A stretch of 64,000 nucleotides of DNA from the sequence record OM386654.1, one strand, 5' to 3'. The notes beneath the pieces are model-generated. The model did not search any database and was not told where the DNA came from. It was given only the letters and a program-made list of their open reading frames with translations. The stretch is from Escherichia phage vB_EcoM_ESCO9. Positions 9,433 through 17,263 of the stretch are shown one piece after another. A program made the translations under genes and the position numbers. Position 1 is the stretch's first letter. Every line of letters begins with the position of its first letter.

Positions 9433-9552
9433 TTAAAACACAATGTATAACAACATGGCTATAGTAGCAATACAACATAAAGCCATGCTTGTTTTCCTTC
9501 CTTCCTCGTATGCTGGATTTATTACGCTATATTGTACGGGAATAATTTTCAT
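9433..9552 (-). CDS. small hydrophobic peptide (39 aa), approximate
   Basis: MKIIPVQYSVINPAYEEGRKTSMALCCIATIAMLLYIVF; AAGGAAACAGC RBS. Confidence 0.3.
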   Translation of the reverse strand: MKIIPVQYSVINPAYEEGRKTSMALCCIATIAMLLYIVF

Positions 9553-9561
9553 GCTGTTTCC

Positions 9562-9657
9562 TTAATGTCTTAAAACGTGGTTTACAATAGAAACAAGCAT
9601 ACAGAAGAAAAAAGATCCTGTCAATAAGATACCGAAAAATAAATGTAAATAGGGCAT
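9562..9657 (-). CDS. small hydrophobic peptide (31 aa), approximate
   Basis: MPYLHLFFGILLTGSFFFCMLVSIVNHVLRH; AAGGAG RBS. Confidence 0.3.
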   Translation of the reverse strand: MPYLHLFFGILLTGSFFFCMLVSIVNHVLRH

Positions 9658-9661
9658 GGTT

Positions 9662-9964
9662 TTACTCCTTAAAAAAATCATTGACAATTAAACTGATAAC
9701 GCCCAGCACCAGATCACCAGGTAGTGCCGCGCTTTCGTTGTTGCTTGTTTGCACTTCCTCACTAGTACCAGCACGATAGATTGCATGGTAAGCAATAGTA
9801 TAATAACCTTTCGTTATTTCTTTAAGATTAATGATTAGCACGTTATTTGTTTCATCTTGAAACAATTTAGCGGTGATAGTATTGTTTTCTTTTACACTAT
9901 CGACTTTTATTGATGGATCATTTACACCAGAAAAAAGAAAAAACGTTTTAGCTATGCCGTTCAT
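9662..9964 (-). CDS. hypothetical early protein
   Basis: 100 aa ORF; AAGGAG RBS. Confidence 0.55.
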   Translation of the reverse strand: MNGIAKTFFLFSGVNDPSIKVDSVKENNTITAKLFQDETNNVLIINLKEITKGYYTIAYHAIYRAGTSEEVQTSNNESAALPGDLVLGVISLIVNDFFKE

Positions 9965-10011
9965 GTAGTTCTCCTTTGTTGTGTGTATCTTATAACGTGC
10001 TTTCTATGTTG

Positions 10012-10413
10012 TCAATCTTTTATCTCGGTGCATTTTGCTAGGGTATACGTTGCAAGTGCTGACACTAGTTTTTCATTGCTACGATCTGCGGCTGTACTGT
10101 GTACTTTTTGAATACTTTTTAACCACGGCGTAAAATTTTGAGTAGTCAGCACACTGGTAATAATTTCACATGGCACATCTTCATTTAAGCCGTTAACAAT
10201 AGATTTATCTATTTTTGCCGTTAGTTGTGTAACAGCACCATAAGCGATCATGTGTGAATCCTCCATGATTTCATCGGGGATCGCATTATTAATAAGCATG
10301 ACGTTTTCCATTGCATCAACGGCGCTTAATTCTGCTACTGTGGAGGATATCGCCGCGCTAGATGTTCCAACCATGCCAAAAGAGATTAAACCAGCGATCA
10401 ATAATTTTTTCAT
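10012..10413 (-). CDS. secreted protein with N-terminal signal peptide
   Basis: MKKLLIAGLISFGMVGTSSAA signal-peptide-like N-terminus; GAGG RBS. Confidence 0.55.
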   Translation of the reverse strand: MKKLLIAGLISFGMVGTSSAAISSTVAELSAVDAMENVMLINNAIPDEIMEDSHMIAYGAVTQLTAKIDKSIVNGLNEDVPCEIITSVLTTQNFTPWLKSIQKVHSTAADRSNEKLVSALATYTLAKCTEIKD

Positions 10414-10421
10414 TTCTTGCC

Positions 10422-10604
10422 TCATATATGTTTTATTGAGATTATATTGTCACTATATACAACGTTTTTCAACGTGTCAATAAAAATCTTATTGCCTTCA
10501 ATCCCCAGGATCACGCCGCTAGTTATGAAGCCATATTGATCACGATATCGGGCGCATAACCTTTGCCCCTGGGCTAGTGCCTTGCTTATTTCGTCTAATT
10601 TCAT
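10422..10604 (-). CDS. hypothetical early protein
   Basis: 60 aa ORF; AGGAG RBS. Confidence 0.5.
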   Translation of the reverse strand: MKLDEISKALAQGQRLCARYRDQYGFITSGVILGIEGNKIFIDTLKNVVYSDNIISIKHI

Positions 10605-10696
10605 TTTTAAAGCTCCTGTAAAGCCGTCTAACGTTGATTTATAGGCTTATCCTGGCGTTACCATTGCCTATGGGTAACAAGCCTCTATATAAGCTA

Positions 10697-10724
10697 AAAG
10701 GGCGCTTATTGCGCCCTTTTTTGT
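10697..10724. terminator. bidirectional terminator-like hairpin
   Basis: aaagggcgc-ttatt-gcgccc-ttttttg. Confidence 0.5.
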
Positions 10725-10876
10725 TATTCGTTCCAGTATCTTTTTGTGCTGCGATCTCTCTTTGTTTTGTTCCGCTTGTCGCCTTTTTTGGTGATCTCTT
10801 CGTTCCAATCTTTACGCGCCTTGCTGCGGTTGAATTTTTCGATCTGCTGTGATGCGTTCATGTTTCTTCCTCTTAA

Positions 10877-11236
10877 TTACGCCACGTTATGCTGTTTTGC
10901 CAGGATTACGATCATGCTTGCAATATATAACCAATAATTTTCCCGCTCACGGGTAACGGTTGTTTCTTTGCTTGTTTCTTTTATGTACTTCCATTCAATT
11001 AATAAATGATCAATCTCGTTATAATCAAAGGCGATGTTAATGTCTGACGGTAAACCTTGTAACCATGAGGCTATCGCCTTGATCACGTTATAATTGTAAC
11101 GTTTTTGATTATCGGGATACCAGTATTCAGAGTTAAAACGGCGCATCAGTTCGGTGATCTTTTCTTTTTCGGTTGTAGTACCATCAAAAGAAATAGCCGA
11201 CACAATGTAAGTTTTAATTGCTTTTACTGATTTCAT
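10877..11236 (-). CDS. hypothetical early protein
   Basis: 119 aa ORF downstream of cassette. Confidence 0.6.
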   Translation of the reverse strand: MKSVKAIKTYIVSAISFDGTTTEKEKITELMRRFNSEYWYPDNQKRYNYNVIKAIASWLQGLPSDINIAFDYNEIDHLLIEWKYIKETSKETTVTRERENYWLYIASMIVILAKQHNVA

Positions 11237-11256
11237 GATCTTATCTCTTTATTGAT

Positions 11257-11315
11257 GGCGGGAAACCATTTCCCGCCGTTGTTGTTACTTTACTTATAAA
11301 TGATGCTACTGTCAA
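11257..11315 (-). promoter_or_regulatory. early promoter plus leader stem-loop cassette
   Basis: TTGACA, 17 nt, TAAAGT, hairpin GGCGGGAAATGGTTTCCCGCC. Confidence 0.6.
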
Positions 11316-11322
11316 GCGGATT

Positions 11323-11493
11323 TTATTTATTTTTTAGCGTTAACGTTCCCAGCTTATCAGCGTGACGCAGACCAGGGAAGATCCATTTACCTGATTCATC
11401 TTTTACCGGGGCTTTAAGCGTAGCGCCCAGGTTGGCGGCGTTAACTTTACGTGCAACGTTGCGAGCGGCTTCACGGGTAGCGAAAGTGATCAT
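11323..11493 (-). CDS. hypothetical early protein (56 aa)
   Basis: Start moved to ATG at 11493 with AAGAGGAAA RBS. Confidence 0.45.
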   Translation of the reverse strand: MITFATREAARNVARKVNAANLGATLKAPVKDESGKWIFPGLRHADKLGTLTLKNK

Positions 11494-11516
11494 GATGTTT
11501 CCTCTTCTCTTTGTTA

Positions 11517-11577
11517 GGCGGTGGGCTATTCCACCGCCTTGATGAATACAGTTTACTTTATTTTTGCAGTATTGCAA
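11517..11577 (-). promoter_or_regulatory. leader stem-loop with variant -35
   Basis: Hairpin ggcggtgggctattccaccgcc (compensatory stem changes); TTGCAA in place of TTGACA. Confidence 0.45.
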
Positions 11578-11583
11578 GCGGTT

Positions 11584-11799
11584 TTATGAAATAAATGTCA
11601 AAGTAAAATCATAATCTTTTGACAGTTTATATTGCACCTTGTTACCGTATATGTCACCTTTACGTAAAGATCCACGGATACCGATAACATCCTTCACGTC
11701 TTTTAAATTTTTCACGCCTGTAATGTCTTTGTTGAAATACTCGTCATCTGAAAATAAAACTTGACTTGCATTTTTTAACAGTGTGCGGATATTAGCCAT
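11584..11799 (-). CDS. hypothetical early protein (71 aa)
   Basis: Start moved to ATG at 11799. Confidence 0.45.
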   Translation of the reverse strand: MANIRTLLKNASQVLFSDDEYFNKDITGVKNLKDVKDVIGIRGSLRKGDIYGNKVQYKLSKDYDFTLTFIS

Positions 11800-11820
11800 C
11801 TTGATAATCTCTCTCACTAG

Positions 11821-11878
11821 GAGCGGCACTATTGCCGCCCTATGCATTACATTTTACTGATTTTAGTTATCTTGTCAA
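11821..11878 (-). promoter_or_regulatory. early promoter plus leader stem-loop cassette
   Basis: TTGACA, 16 nt, TAAAAT, hairpin GGGCGGCAATAGTGCCGCTC. Confidence 0.6.
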
Positions 11879-11886
11879 TATTATTT

Positions 11887-12114
11887 TTAGTTTAATTGAT
11901 CCAGGCACAACAAGCGATCAACATTTAGATCGGTTAGGCTAATCGTTGGCACCTGGTAGGATTCGATGTACTCAACGCTCGACCATTGCCCAAAGTTAGC
12001 GACCGCCCAGCTATTCAAGGAGGAGTGAAGATCATCCCCTTTCTTCTCTGTGATAACTGCTACTACCTGGGAGCTTCCAACCGTACCGGATACGCGAACA
12101 ATAACGATAGCCAT
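11887..12114 (-). CDS. hypothetical early protein
   Basis: 75 aa ORF; AAAGAAAGG RBS. Confidence 0.5.
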   Translation of the reverse strand: MAIVIVRVSGTVGSSQVVAVITEKKGDDLHSSLNSWAVANFGQWSSVEYIESYQVPTISLTDLNVDRLLCLDQLN

Positions 12115-12136
12115 AATGATAACCTTTCTTTGATTT

Positions 12137-12196
12137 GGCGGGAAACCATTTCCCGCCCTATGTGATAAACTATACCAGAATTTTAAACAGTGTCAA
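12137..12196 (-). promoter_or_regulatory. early promoter plus leader stem-loop cassette
   Basis: TTGACA, 16 nt, TATAGT, hairpin GGGCGGGAAATGGTTTCCCGCC. Confidence 0.6.
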
Positions 12197-12291
12197 ATTA
12201 TTTTCTATTTCTTCCGTAATAGCCTAACTTATGATCTAAGCTAAAACGTTTTGTGAGATAGGTCGAACGATGTTTCATTTTTATACCTCCT

Positions 12292-12531
12292 TTACATTCC
12301 AACCATAGCGGCACGGATCGCGGTTTTACTGAACTTGAATCCGTCTGGCGTTTTATCTTGATCCATACTTTCAAGAAATAACATCATATCCCGCGCTGCG
12401 TCATTCTTATTGGTGTTAGCTGCGATAAATTCACGCGCAAGATTATAAAAACCTTCATCGTTGTTGATCCAAAGGCTTACATTCCAATGAGTTTTGTTTT
12501 TGTGACCTAAGAACATTTTAGATTTAGCCAT
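12292..12531 (-). CDS. hypothetical early protein
   Basis: 79 aa ORF; AAAGAGATTAACATC RBS. Confidence 0.55.
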   Translation of the reverse strand: MAKSKMFLGHKNKTHWNVSLWINNDEGFYNLAREFIAANTNKNDAARDMMLFLESMDQDKTPDGFKFSKTAIRAAMVGM

Positions 12532-12555
12532 GATGTTAATCTCTTTTTCAGTGAG

Positions 12556-12614
12556 GCGGGAACTATTCCCGCTCTCGATATAAGTATTATATGCTTTTTA
12601 TTCGTGCTGTCAAT
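12556..12614 (-). promoter_or_regulatory. early promoter plus leader stem-loop cassette
   Basis: TTGACA, 16 nt, TATAAT (perfect -10), hairpin gcgggaa-cta-ttcccgc. Confidence 0.65.
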
Positions 12615-12619
12615 GCTTT

Positions 12620-12985
12620 TTATAAATCTTTTTTACGTTTAACATCGCTTGCATGACTGTATACAGCGATCCCATTATCACGGCAAAAACGGGAAAGGTA
12701 TGCATAATTTGAAAACTCTTTACCTTCCATATTAATAACCTTGCTAAATTCTTCCAGGGCGACGGTATCAAAATGATCCCCATAACCATATTGAAACGGA
12801 ACGTTAACGACTTCAATCAGTTTACCGCCGATCTCAACGTCAACCATCAAAGAGAAATAAGTATTACCATAAGACTTTTGAAACCAGCGACGGGCGCTAA
12901 TATGTACCGCTTCAATGCTGGATAGTTCAATTTTAGCAGTGTTAGCCAGGGTAGCATAAGCAGAAACATTGATATTTTTAGCCAT
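12620..12985 (-). CDS. hypothetical early protein
   Basis: 121 aa ORF; AAAAGAGATTAAAG RBS. Confidence 0.6.
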   Translation of the reverse strand: MAKNINVSAYATLANTAKIELSSIEAVHISARRWFQKSYGNTYFSLMVDVEIGGKLIEVVNVPFQYGYGDHFDTVALEEFSKVINMEGKEFSNYAYLSRFCRDNGIAVYSHASDVKRKKDL

Positions 12986-13080
12986 AGTCTTTAATCTCTT
13001 TTGATTAGTTAGGAGTATTCCCGATAAAAGTTATTATGCTTGTACTATCGTTCGTTGTCAATAGCACAAGACTAAAACTT

Positions 13081-13260
13081 TTAACGATAATCATCATATG
13101 CTTTATTGACCTGGCGAATATAGCATTCAAAAGCTAGATCAATAGATTTATATTCACGGATATAATCACCATAGGAAACCACATACATTTCTATAGCTTC
13201 CTCATATGCCAGGATGATAGAATCTAAACCTACGATCTCAGTCTTTGCAATAATAGCCAT
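13081..13260 (-). CDS. small hypothetical protein (59 aa), approximate
   Basis: ORF below track cutoff; AAGGA RBS. Confidence 0.3.
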   Translation of the reverse strand: MAIIAKTEIVGLDSIILAYEEAIEMYVVSYGDYIREYKSIDLAFECYIRQVNKAYDDYR

Positions 13261-13408
13261 GCTTTTATTCCTTAGTCATGTTTCAATCTATATAAGCATT
13301 ATAGCTTACTGATTTCAGGTGTCAAGTGATTTTTTTTATTTCACCTTATGGGGCGTTGCCCCGCTTTATGTGGTACATATTACGGGGCTTGTTCGCATAT
13401 GTCAAGCC

Positions 13409-13963
13409 TTACACAAGACAATTTTCATAATTTTTTAGGGCTTGTCTTTTTTCCTCTTCCGTCGGCATGTATGGCTGGATCTCTTCCTCTTCCAGGGTAG
13501 GCATGATTTCTTCCTCTTCCTCCTGGTCGTCCTGGTCTTCCTCTTGCGCTACTGCAACAAGTTTATTGATCTTCTCCTGGGCTTTAATCAATTTTGCATC
13601 TAGCACCATTTTAGCGGTGTTGTATACCGTCCATGCCATGCGTTTTTCTTCGTATGCTTTATCTAGTGCGGCTAATTTAGCGGGATATTCTTCTAACACC
13701 TTAAAAGCCGGATCAATGCTGTATAAGGGATTATTTTTAGCGTCATCGCTTGGATCTGCGGCGCTTGCAATGTCAGCGTTACCATTTGCCAGCCAACCAG
13801 GGCGAACAGATCGCGCCTTTGTGTTGCCGTTGCTCTTTGCCGCTCGATTTCCTATCTGCTCCCCGCTATACCCTACCATGTGATCGATCATGTCATCTGG
13901 TATTATGCGCGGATCATTAGCGTCATGCTTTACCCAGGACTGGATCACATACTCACGCCCCAT
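13409..13963 (-). CDS. hypothetical early protein with strongly acidic C-terminal region
   Basis: 184 aa ORF; EEDQDDQEEEEE tract. Confidence 0.6.
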   Translation of the reverse strand: MGREYVIQSWVKHDANDPRIIPDDMIDHMVGYSGEQIGNRAAKSNGNTKARSVRPGWLANGNADIASAADPSDDAKNNPLYSIDPAFKVLEEYPAKLAALDKAYEEKRMAWTVYNTAKMVLDAKLIKAQEKINKLVAVAQEEDQDDQEEEEEIMPTLEEEEIQPYMPTEEEKRQALKNYENCLV

Positions 13964-13964
13964 G

Positions 13965-14225
13965 CTAATTTGCCTCTTCTGTTAGTAGTTTACATACCTT
14001 AAACATGCTTGCCGCGTCTTTTGACGGTAGCCAGCCTATGCGATACACTCCCGGATCTGGATTAGTTATATCAGTCAGTTGCGCGTTGCGATGATTAAAA
14101 ATAGTGTAACCGCCGCCAGCACGGGGATAAACATTATCTTTAAACCTGATAGCGTATCTCGCCAGGTTGAACGTTGCAGCATGTTCAAAAGCGATCACAT
14201 TATCAAAAACTTTTAGAAAAAACAA
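13965..14225 (-). CDS. hypothetical early protein
   Basis: 86 aa ORF. Confidence 0.55.
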   Translation of the reverse strand: MFFLKVFDNVIAFEHAATFNLARYAIRFKDNVYPRAGGGYTIFNHRNAQLTDITNPDPGVYRIGWLPSKDAASMFKVCKLLTEEAN

Positions 14226-14227
14226 GA

Positions 14228-14374
14228 TTATCCTCCCCAGCGTTTAAAGCCCGTTGCACGGTTGTTTTTTAGCTCTCGTTTTAGTCTCTTGCAACGGTTT
14301 ACAAGTGCAAACCGTGCCGGAGTCGTAACAGTAGCGCCGTTTTTGGTGTGAATACTCATTACATATTGTTTCAT
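14228..14374 (-). CDS. small basic protein (48 aa), approximate
   Basis: ORF below track cutoff; K/R-rich; AGGA RBS. Confidence 0.3.
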   Translation of the reverse strand: MKQYVMSIHTKNGATVTTPARFALVNRCKRLKRELKNNRATGFKRWGG

Positions 14375-14393
14375 AAAGTTTTATCCTATGTAA

Positions 14394-14446
14394 GCGGGAA
14401 CTATTCCCGCTTTAAGATAGCTTATCAGGTTTTAGTGCAATGTCAA
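14394..14446 (-). promoter_or_regulatory. early promoter plus leader stem-loop cassette
   Basis: TTGACA, 16 nt, TAAGCT, hairpin GCGGGAATAGTTCCCGC. Confidence 0.55.
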
Positions 14447-14452
14447 CCGTTT

Positions 14453-14815
14453 TTATTCGTAAATTTTACCGCTTTCTACCCATACCATAACACGGCGCAT
14501 GTTATCCCATGCATCTTGTCGCAGATTTAAGGCATGCAATTCTTCGGTTGTGCTCATACCTGGTACGGGCTTGCTATATGTTACAAAGAGATCGCCAGCA
14601 TATTCATAAGCCAGGGTAAGATCACATTGAATCATCTTTTTAAGCATAGCATTAAGCATCATATTAGCGGCATGTTGATCACGTTTTAGCGGTAGCGTTG
14701 CGATCTGTGAGCGATAGCTTTCGATCCGTGCATCCACTGCATCACGTGGAAGATTTTTCACGTCGTCGCGGAAAGATACCAGGTTTAACATGATAGTATT
14801 GATTTGCTTGCTCAT
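14453..14815 (-). CDS. hypothetical early protein
   Basis: 120 aa ORF. Confidence 0.6.
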   Translation of the reverse strand: MSKQINTIMLNLVSFRDDVKNLPRDAVDARIESYRSQIATLPLKRDQHAANMMLNAMLKKMIQCDLTLAYEYAGDLFVTYSKPVPGMSTTEELHALNLRQDAWDNMRRVMVWVESGKIYE

Positions 14816-14840
14816 TGTGTTACCCTTTCTTTGATGGCCT

Positions 14841-14901
14841 GGCGGGAAACCATTTCCCCGCCTTATGTGGTATATATTACCAAATTATTTTTCAGTGTCA
14901 A
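14841..14901 (-). promoter_or_regulatory. early promoter plus leader stem-loop cassette
   Basis: TTGACA, 16 nt, TAATAT, hairpin GGCGGGGAAATGGTTTCCCGCC. Confidence 0.6.
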
Positions 14902-14904
14902 GCC

Positions 14905-15177
14905 TTAAAGCAAAAACGCTACATCTTGCGCTTTTAGTGTAGTATCAACCATTTTCGGGCTTTTATAATCAACAAAGCGCGCGGTTTTTTCAATAACGAA
15001 GCCGAGATAATCTTGTTTATTGAAATTACATTCTTTTTTAAATGTTTCCCGTGCCACGGTGATCGCTGCATCCAGGGATAAACGCCCATCAATATTGATG
15101 TTAGCGAAAGATCCGCCACCGCGCATAGGTTTACCAGTGATGCCCATTACGATCATTGATGCGCTATATGATGCCAT
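14905..15177 (-). CDS. hypothetical early protein
   Basis: 90 aa ORF. Confidence 0.55.
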   Translation of the reverse strand: MASYSASMIVMGITGKPMRGGGSFANINIDGRLSLDAAITVARETFKKECNFNKQDYLGFVIEKTARFVDYKSPKMVDTTLKAQDVAFLL

Positions 15178-15199
15178 GATTATTTCTCTCTTCTGTTAT

Positions 15200-15257
15200 G
15201 AGCGGCACTATTGCCGCCCTATGTGATACATCTTATCAGATTAAAAAACGTTGTCAA
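15200..15257 (-). promoter_or_regulatory. early promoter plus leader stem-loop cassette
   Basis: TTGACA, 16 nt, TAAGAT, hairpin GGGCGGCAATAGTGCCGCT. Confidence 0.6.
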
Positions 15258-15632
15258 GAATATTTTTAAAAAATAATAACCGCAACTACAATCCAAAATG
15301 GAACGGCAAGAATGATAGCGTTAATCGTTCCAACCGTCAAGCTGTTTTCTTTCTTGATCATCGTTATCAACCTTTTATAAGTAATGTTATTGTGACGGTG
15401 GATTATGGAGATCCTCACCTTTGCCCGTCCTACATTGCGCCCTCCTTTTGTTTATTGTCGTTGTGCCTCGCCCCCTCGACAAGATGAATAATACGCTACC
15501 AGGTGAGGAACGTCAACCCCTTTTTTAATCTTTTTTTCATTTCTTTTTTTTTTTGCTTGCTATCTATAAAGGAAAGGGCTATTATCTTTCTACCGCGCCA
15601 ACCAGGGCGCACATCAAAGAAAGGGCGATACC

Positions 15633-15899
15633 ATGACAAATACTACTCTACACCTCATGCACTCATTAGGCTGGCAAGGCGGCACGGTGCACCAGGTAGC
15701 AAGCGCAACGGGCTTAAAGGTTGAAACCGTTCTCAACCTGGGCGATCATAAGGTGGAAGAAATAGATCATTTTGATCCGTTCGCCAATGGTTATCTATGG
15801 GCTTGCAGTGGCGGCGGGGAAAGCAAGATACCACCAGGGGCGCGGGGCGATATGTATTTTTGGTTAGGTGTCCTATCCTGGCAAGAAAACAAAAAGTAA
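15633..15899 (+). CDS. hypothetical protein (uncertain)
   Basis: 88 aa plus-strand ORF in a locally GC-rich patch; weak AAAGGG RBS. Confidence 0.3.
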   Translation: MTNTTLHLMHSLGWQGGTVHQVASATGLKVETVLNLGDHKVEEIDHFDPFANGYLWACSGGGESKIPPGARGDMYFWLGVLSWQENKK

Positions 15900-15901
15900 T
15901 A

Positions 15902-15930
15902 TTGACAAGCCCAGGGATCGGGCTTATACT
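15902..15930 (+). promoter_or_regulatory. near-consensus sigma70-type promoter with no obvious downstream ORF
   Basis: TTGACA, 17 nt, TATACT. Confidence 0.5.
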
Positions 15931-16160
15931 GTTTTACATACAGAAGAGGAAACGCCACCCCCACGGCGTAAAGGCGGGGCTAACATACCAGGGGGCACTG
16001 GTTGGAAGGTTGATCGCCGGTAGCTCGTCTAAAATAAATTTGTAAAGAAATGTAAAGATAAAAATAATCGCTTGCTTTTGTTGTTGGTTATGCTATTCTT
16101 ATTGTATGGCGAGGGGACACGGGAGCGCGAGACAAACACCGCCCCTGCGCGTTATTCTCT

Positions 16161-16275
16161 AAATGAGAAAATTCTCATTTGCTAATGATTCTCATTCTCT
16201 TACTGAGAATGATTATCACTTACATAGTTAAATGATAATGATTCTCATTTACAAACGAAAATGATTCTCATTAAC
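16161..16275. promoter_or_regulatory. cluster of about five Fur-box-like sites
   Basis: aaatgagaaaattctcattt palindrome, gagaatgattatcacttac, aaatgataatgattctcattt, aaaatgattctcattaac. Confidence 0.5.
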
Positions 16276-16289
16276 ACACCTATAAAAAC

Positions 16290-16500
16290 ACGAAATTGAA
16301 CTTTTCATTTTTGATTTTTCTACGGAAAAAGGCAAAAAAACTTTAAATAAACTGGGGAATTTTTAAAAAATTGAAGTTTTCATTTTCAAAATCTGGATAG
16401 AAATACATACAAAAACTTTAAATAATTTTGACCAAACTTGAACTTTTCATTTTCAAAATTTGTACCCAAAAATCTGTAAAAACTTTAAATAATTTTGTAC
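16290..16500. repeat. three tandem ~67 bp direct repeats
   Basis: Each unit has TTGAAcTTTTCATTTTcaaaat ... aaaaactttaaataatttt. Confidence 0.6.
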
Positions 16501-16711
16501 TTTTTATAAAAATGATTTTACTGTTCTGTTATAAGTAGTAGTTAAGAGATAGTATGTCTTTTAAAGATCAGATACCATAGTCAAACAAACAAATTAAATA
16601 CTTTATTAACAGAGTACAGAATAATATTTACTCTGGATATATTATTCAGAGGGTGGATTTCCGTACATGAAACCCACACCCCTTTTTATAAAAATAAAAA
16701 TTTTCAAAATA

Positions 16712-17263
16712 TCAGGAAATATCAGATTGTGCTTTTAGATAAACAGCAAGGTCTGTATGCCATTTTCCTAAAAGATTTTGTCCTTTCCAACAGTCCTTAT
16801 TTTCCACGTCACGATCCCACATTCCCATTTTGATACCATAAATAGAATCATAAGGGCTTGCCTCTACGAACTCCTTATCTGCGTAAGCGATAAGTTTATT
16901 TTTGAGATCTTCATTTTGTGTGTATTTAAGATACAAACCACGCTTGACAATCTTCTCCCGTAAAGAAGTCCAAGTAGCTTCATCGTAATCTTTAACTAAT
17001 CTACCTAGTCGCTTATAATATGCTTGTTCTTTTTCTCCTGTATATCTTAGATCTCCGGTTAAAATAGAAGATGCAATACTGTAATCATAAAACAAACATG
17101 CTTTTCTCCACATCATATATTGTTCCACACAAGTAAATTCAACAGAACTTGTAATAGAATTATTATACTTGGGTGCTAAAGGTTCAATAAAAGATGATAG
17201 ATACCAGTTGCTAAATTCATCTTTTGCTGAAAAGAAGAACACATACTTATCAGTAATCCGCAT
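16712..17263 (-). CDS. NADAR-domain protein (YbiA-like)
   Basis: FFFSAKDEFSNWYLSSF ... EQYMMWRKACLF ... EASPYDSIYGIKMG ... KGQNLLGKWHTDL resemble E. coli YbiA motifs. Confidence 0.75.
   Translation of the reverse strand: MRITDKYVFFFSAKDEFSNWYLSSFIEPLAPKYNNSITSSVEFTCVEQYMMWRKACLFYDYSIASSILTGDLRYTGEKEQAYYKRLGRLVKDYDEATWTSLREKIVKRGLYLKYTQNEDLKNKLIAYADKEFVEASPYDSIYGIKMGMWDRDVENKDCWKGQNLLGKWHTDLAVYLKAQSDIS

Noticed and set aside
13467-13883. 138 aa Ser-rich plus-strand ORF
   Set aside because: Antisense to the acidic early gene 13409..13963; Ser-rich product is the mirror of the Glu/Asp-rich coding strand
14348-14530. 60 aa plus-strand ORF
   Set aside because: Spans a cassette hairpin and promoter; opposite to the strand of every neighbouring gene
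15797-16045. 82 aa plus-strand ORF
   Set aside because: Its 5' part overlaps 15633..15899 and the ORF runs through the TTGACA-N17-TATACT promoter; Arg/Gly-rich translation typical of a spurious frame
16290-16500. Possible CRISPR array
   Set aside because: Only three units of about 67 bp; repeat and linker lengths do not fit CRISPR architecture; no cas genes
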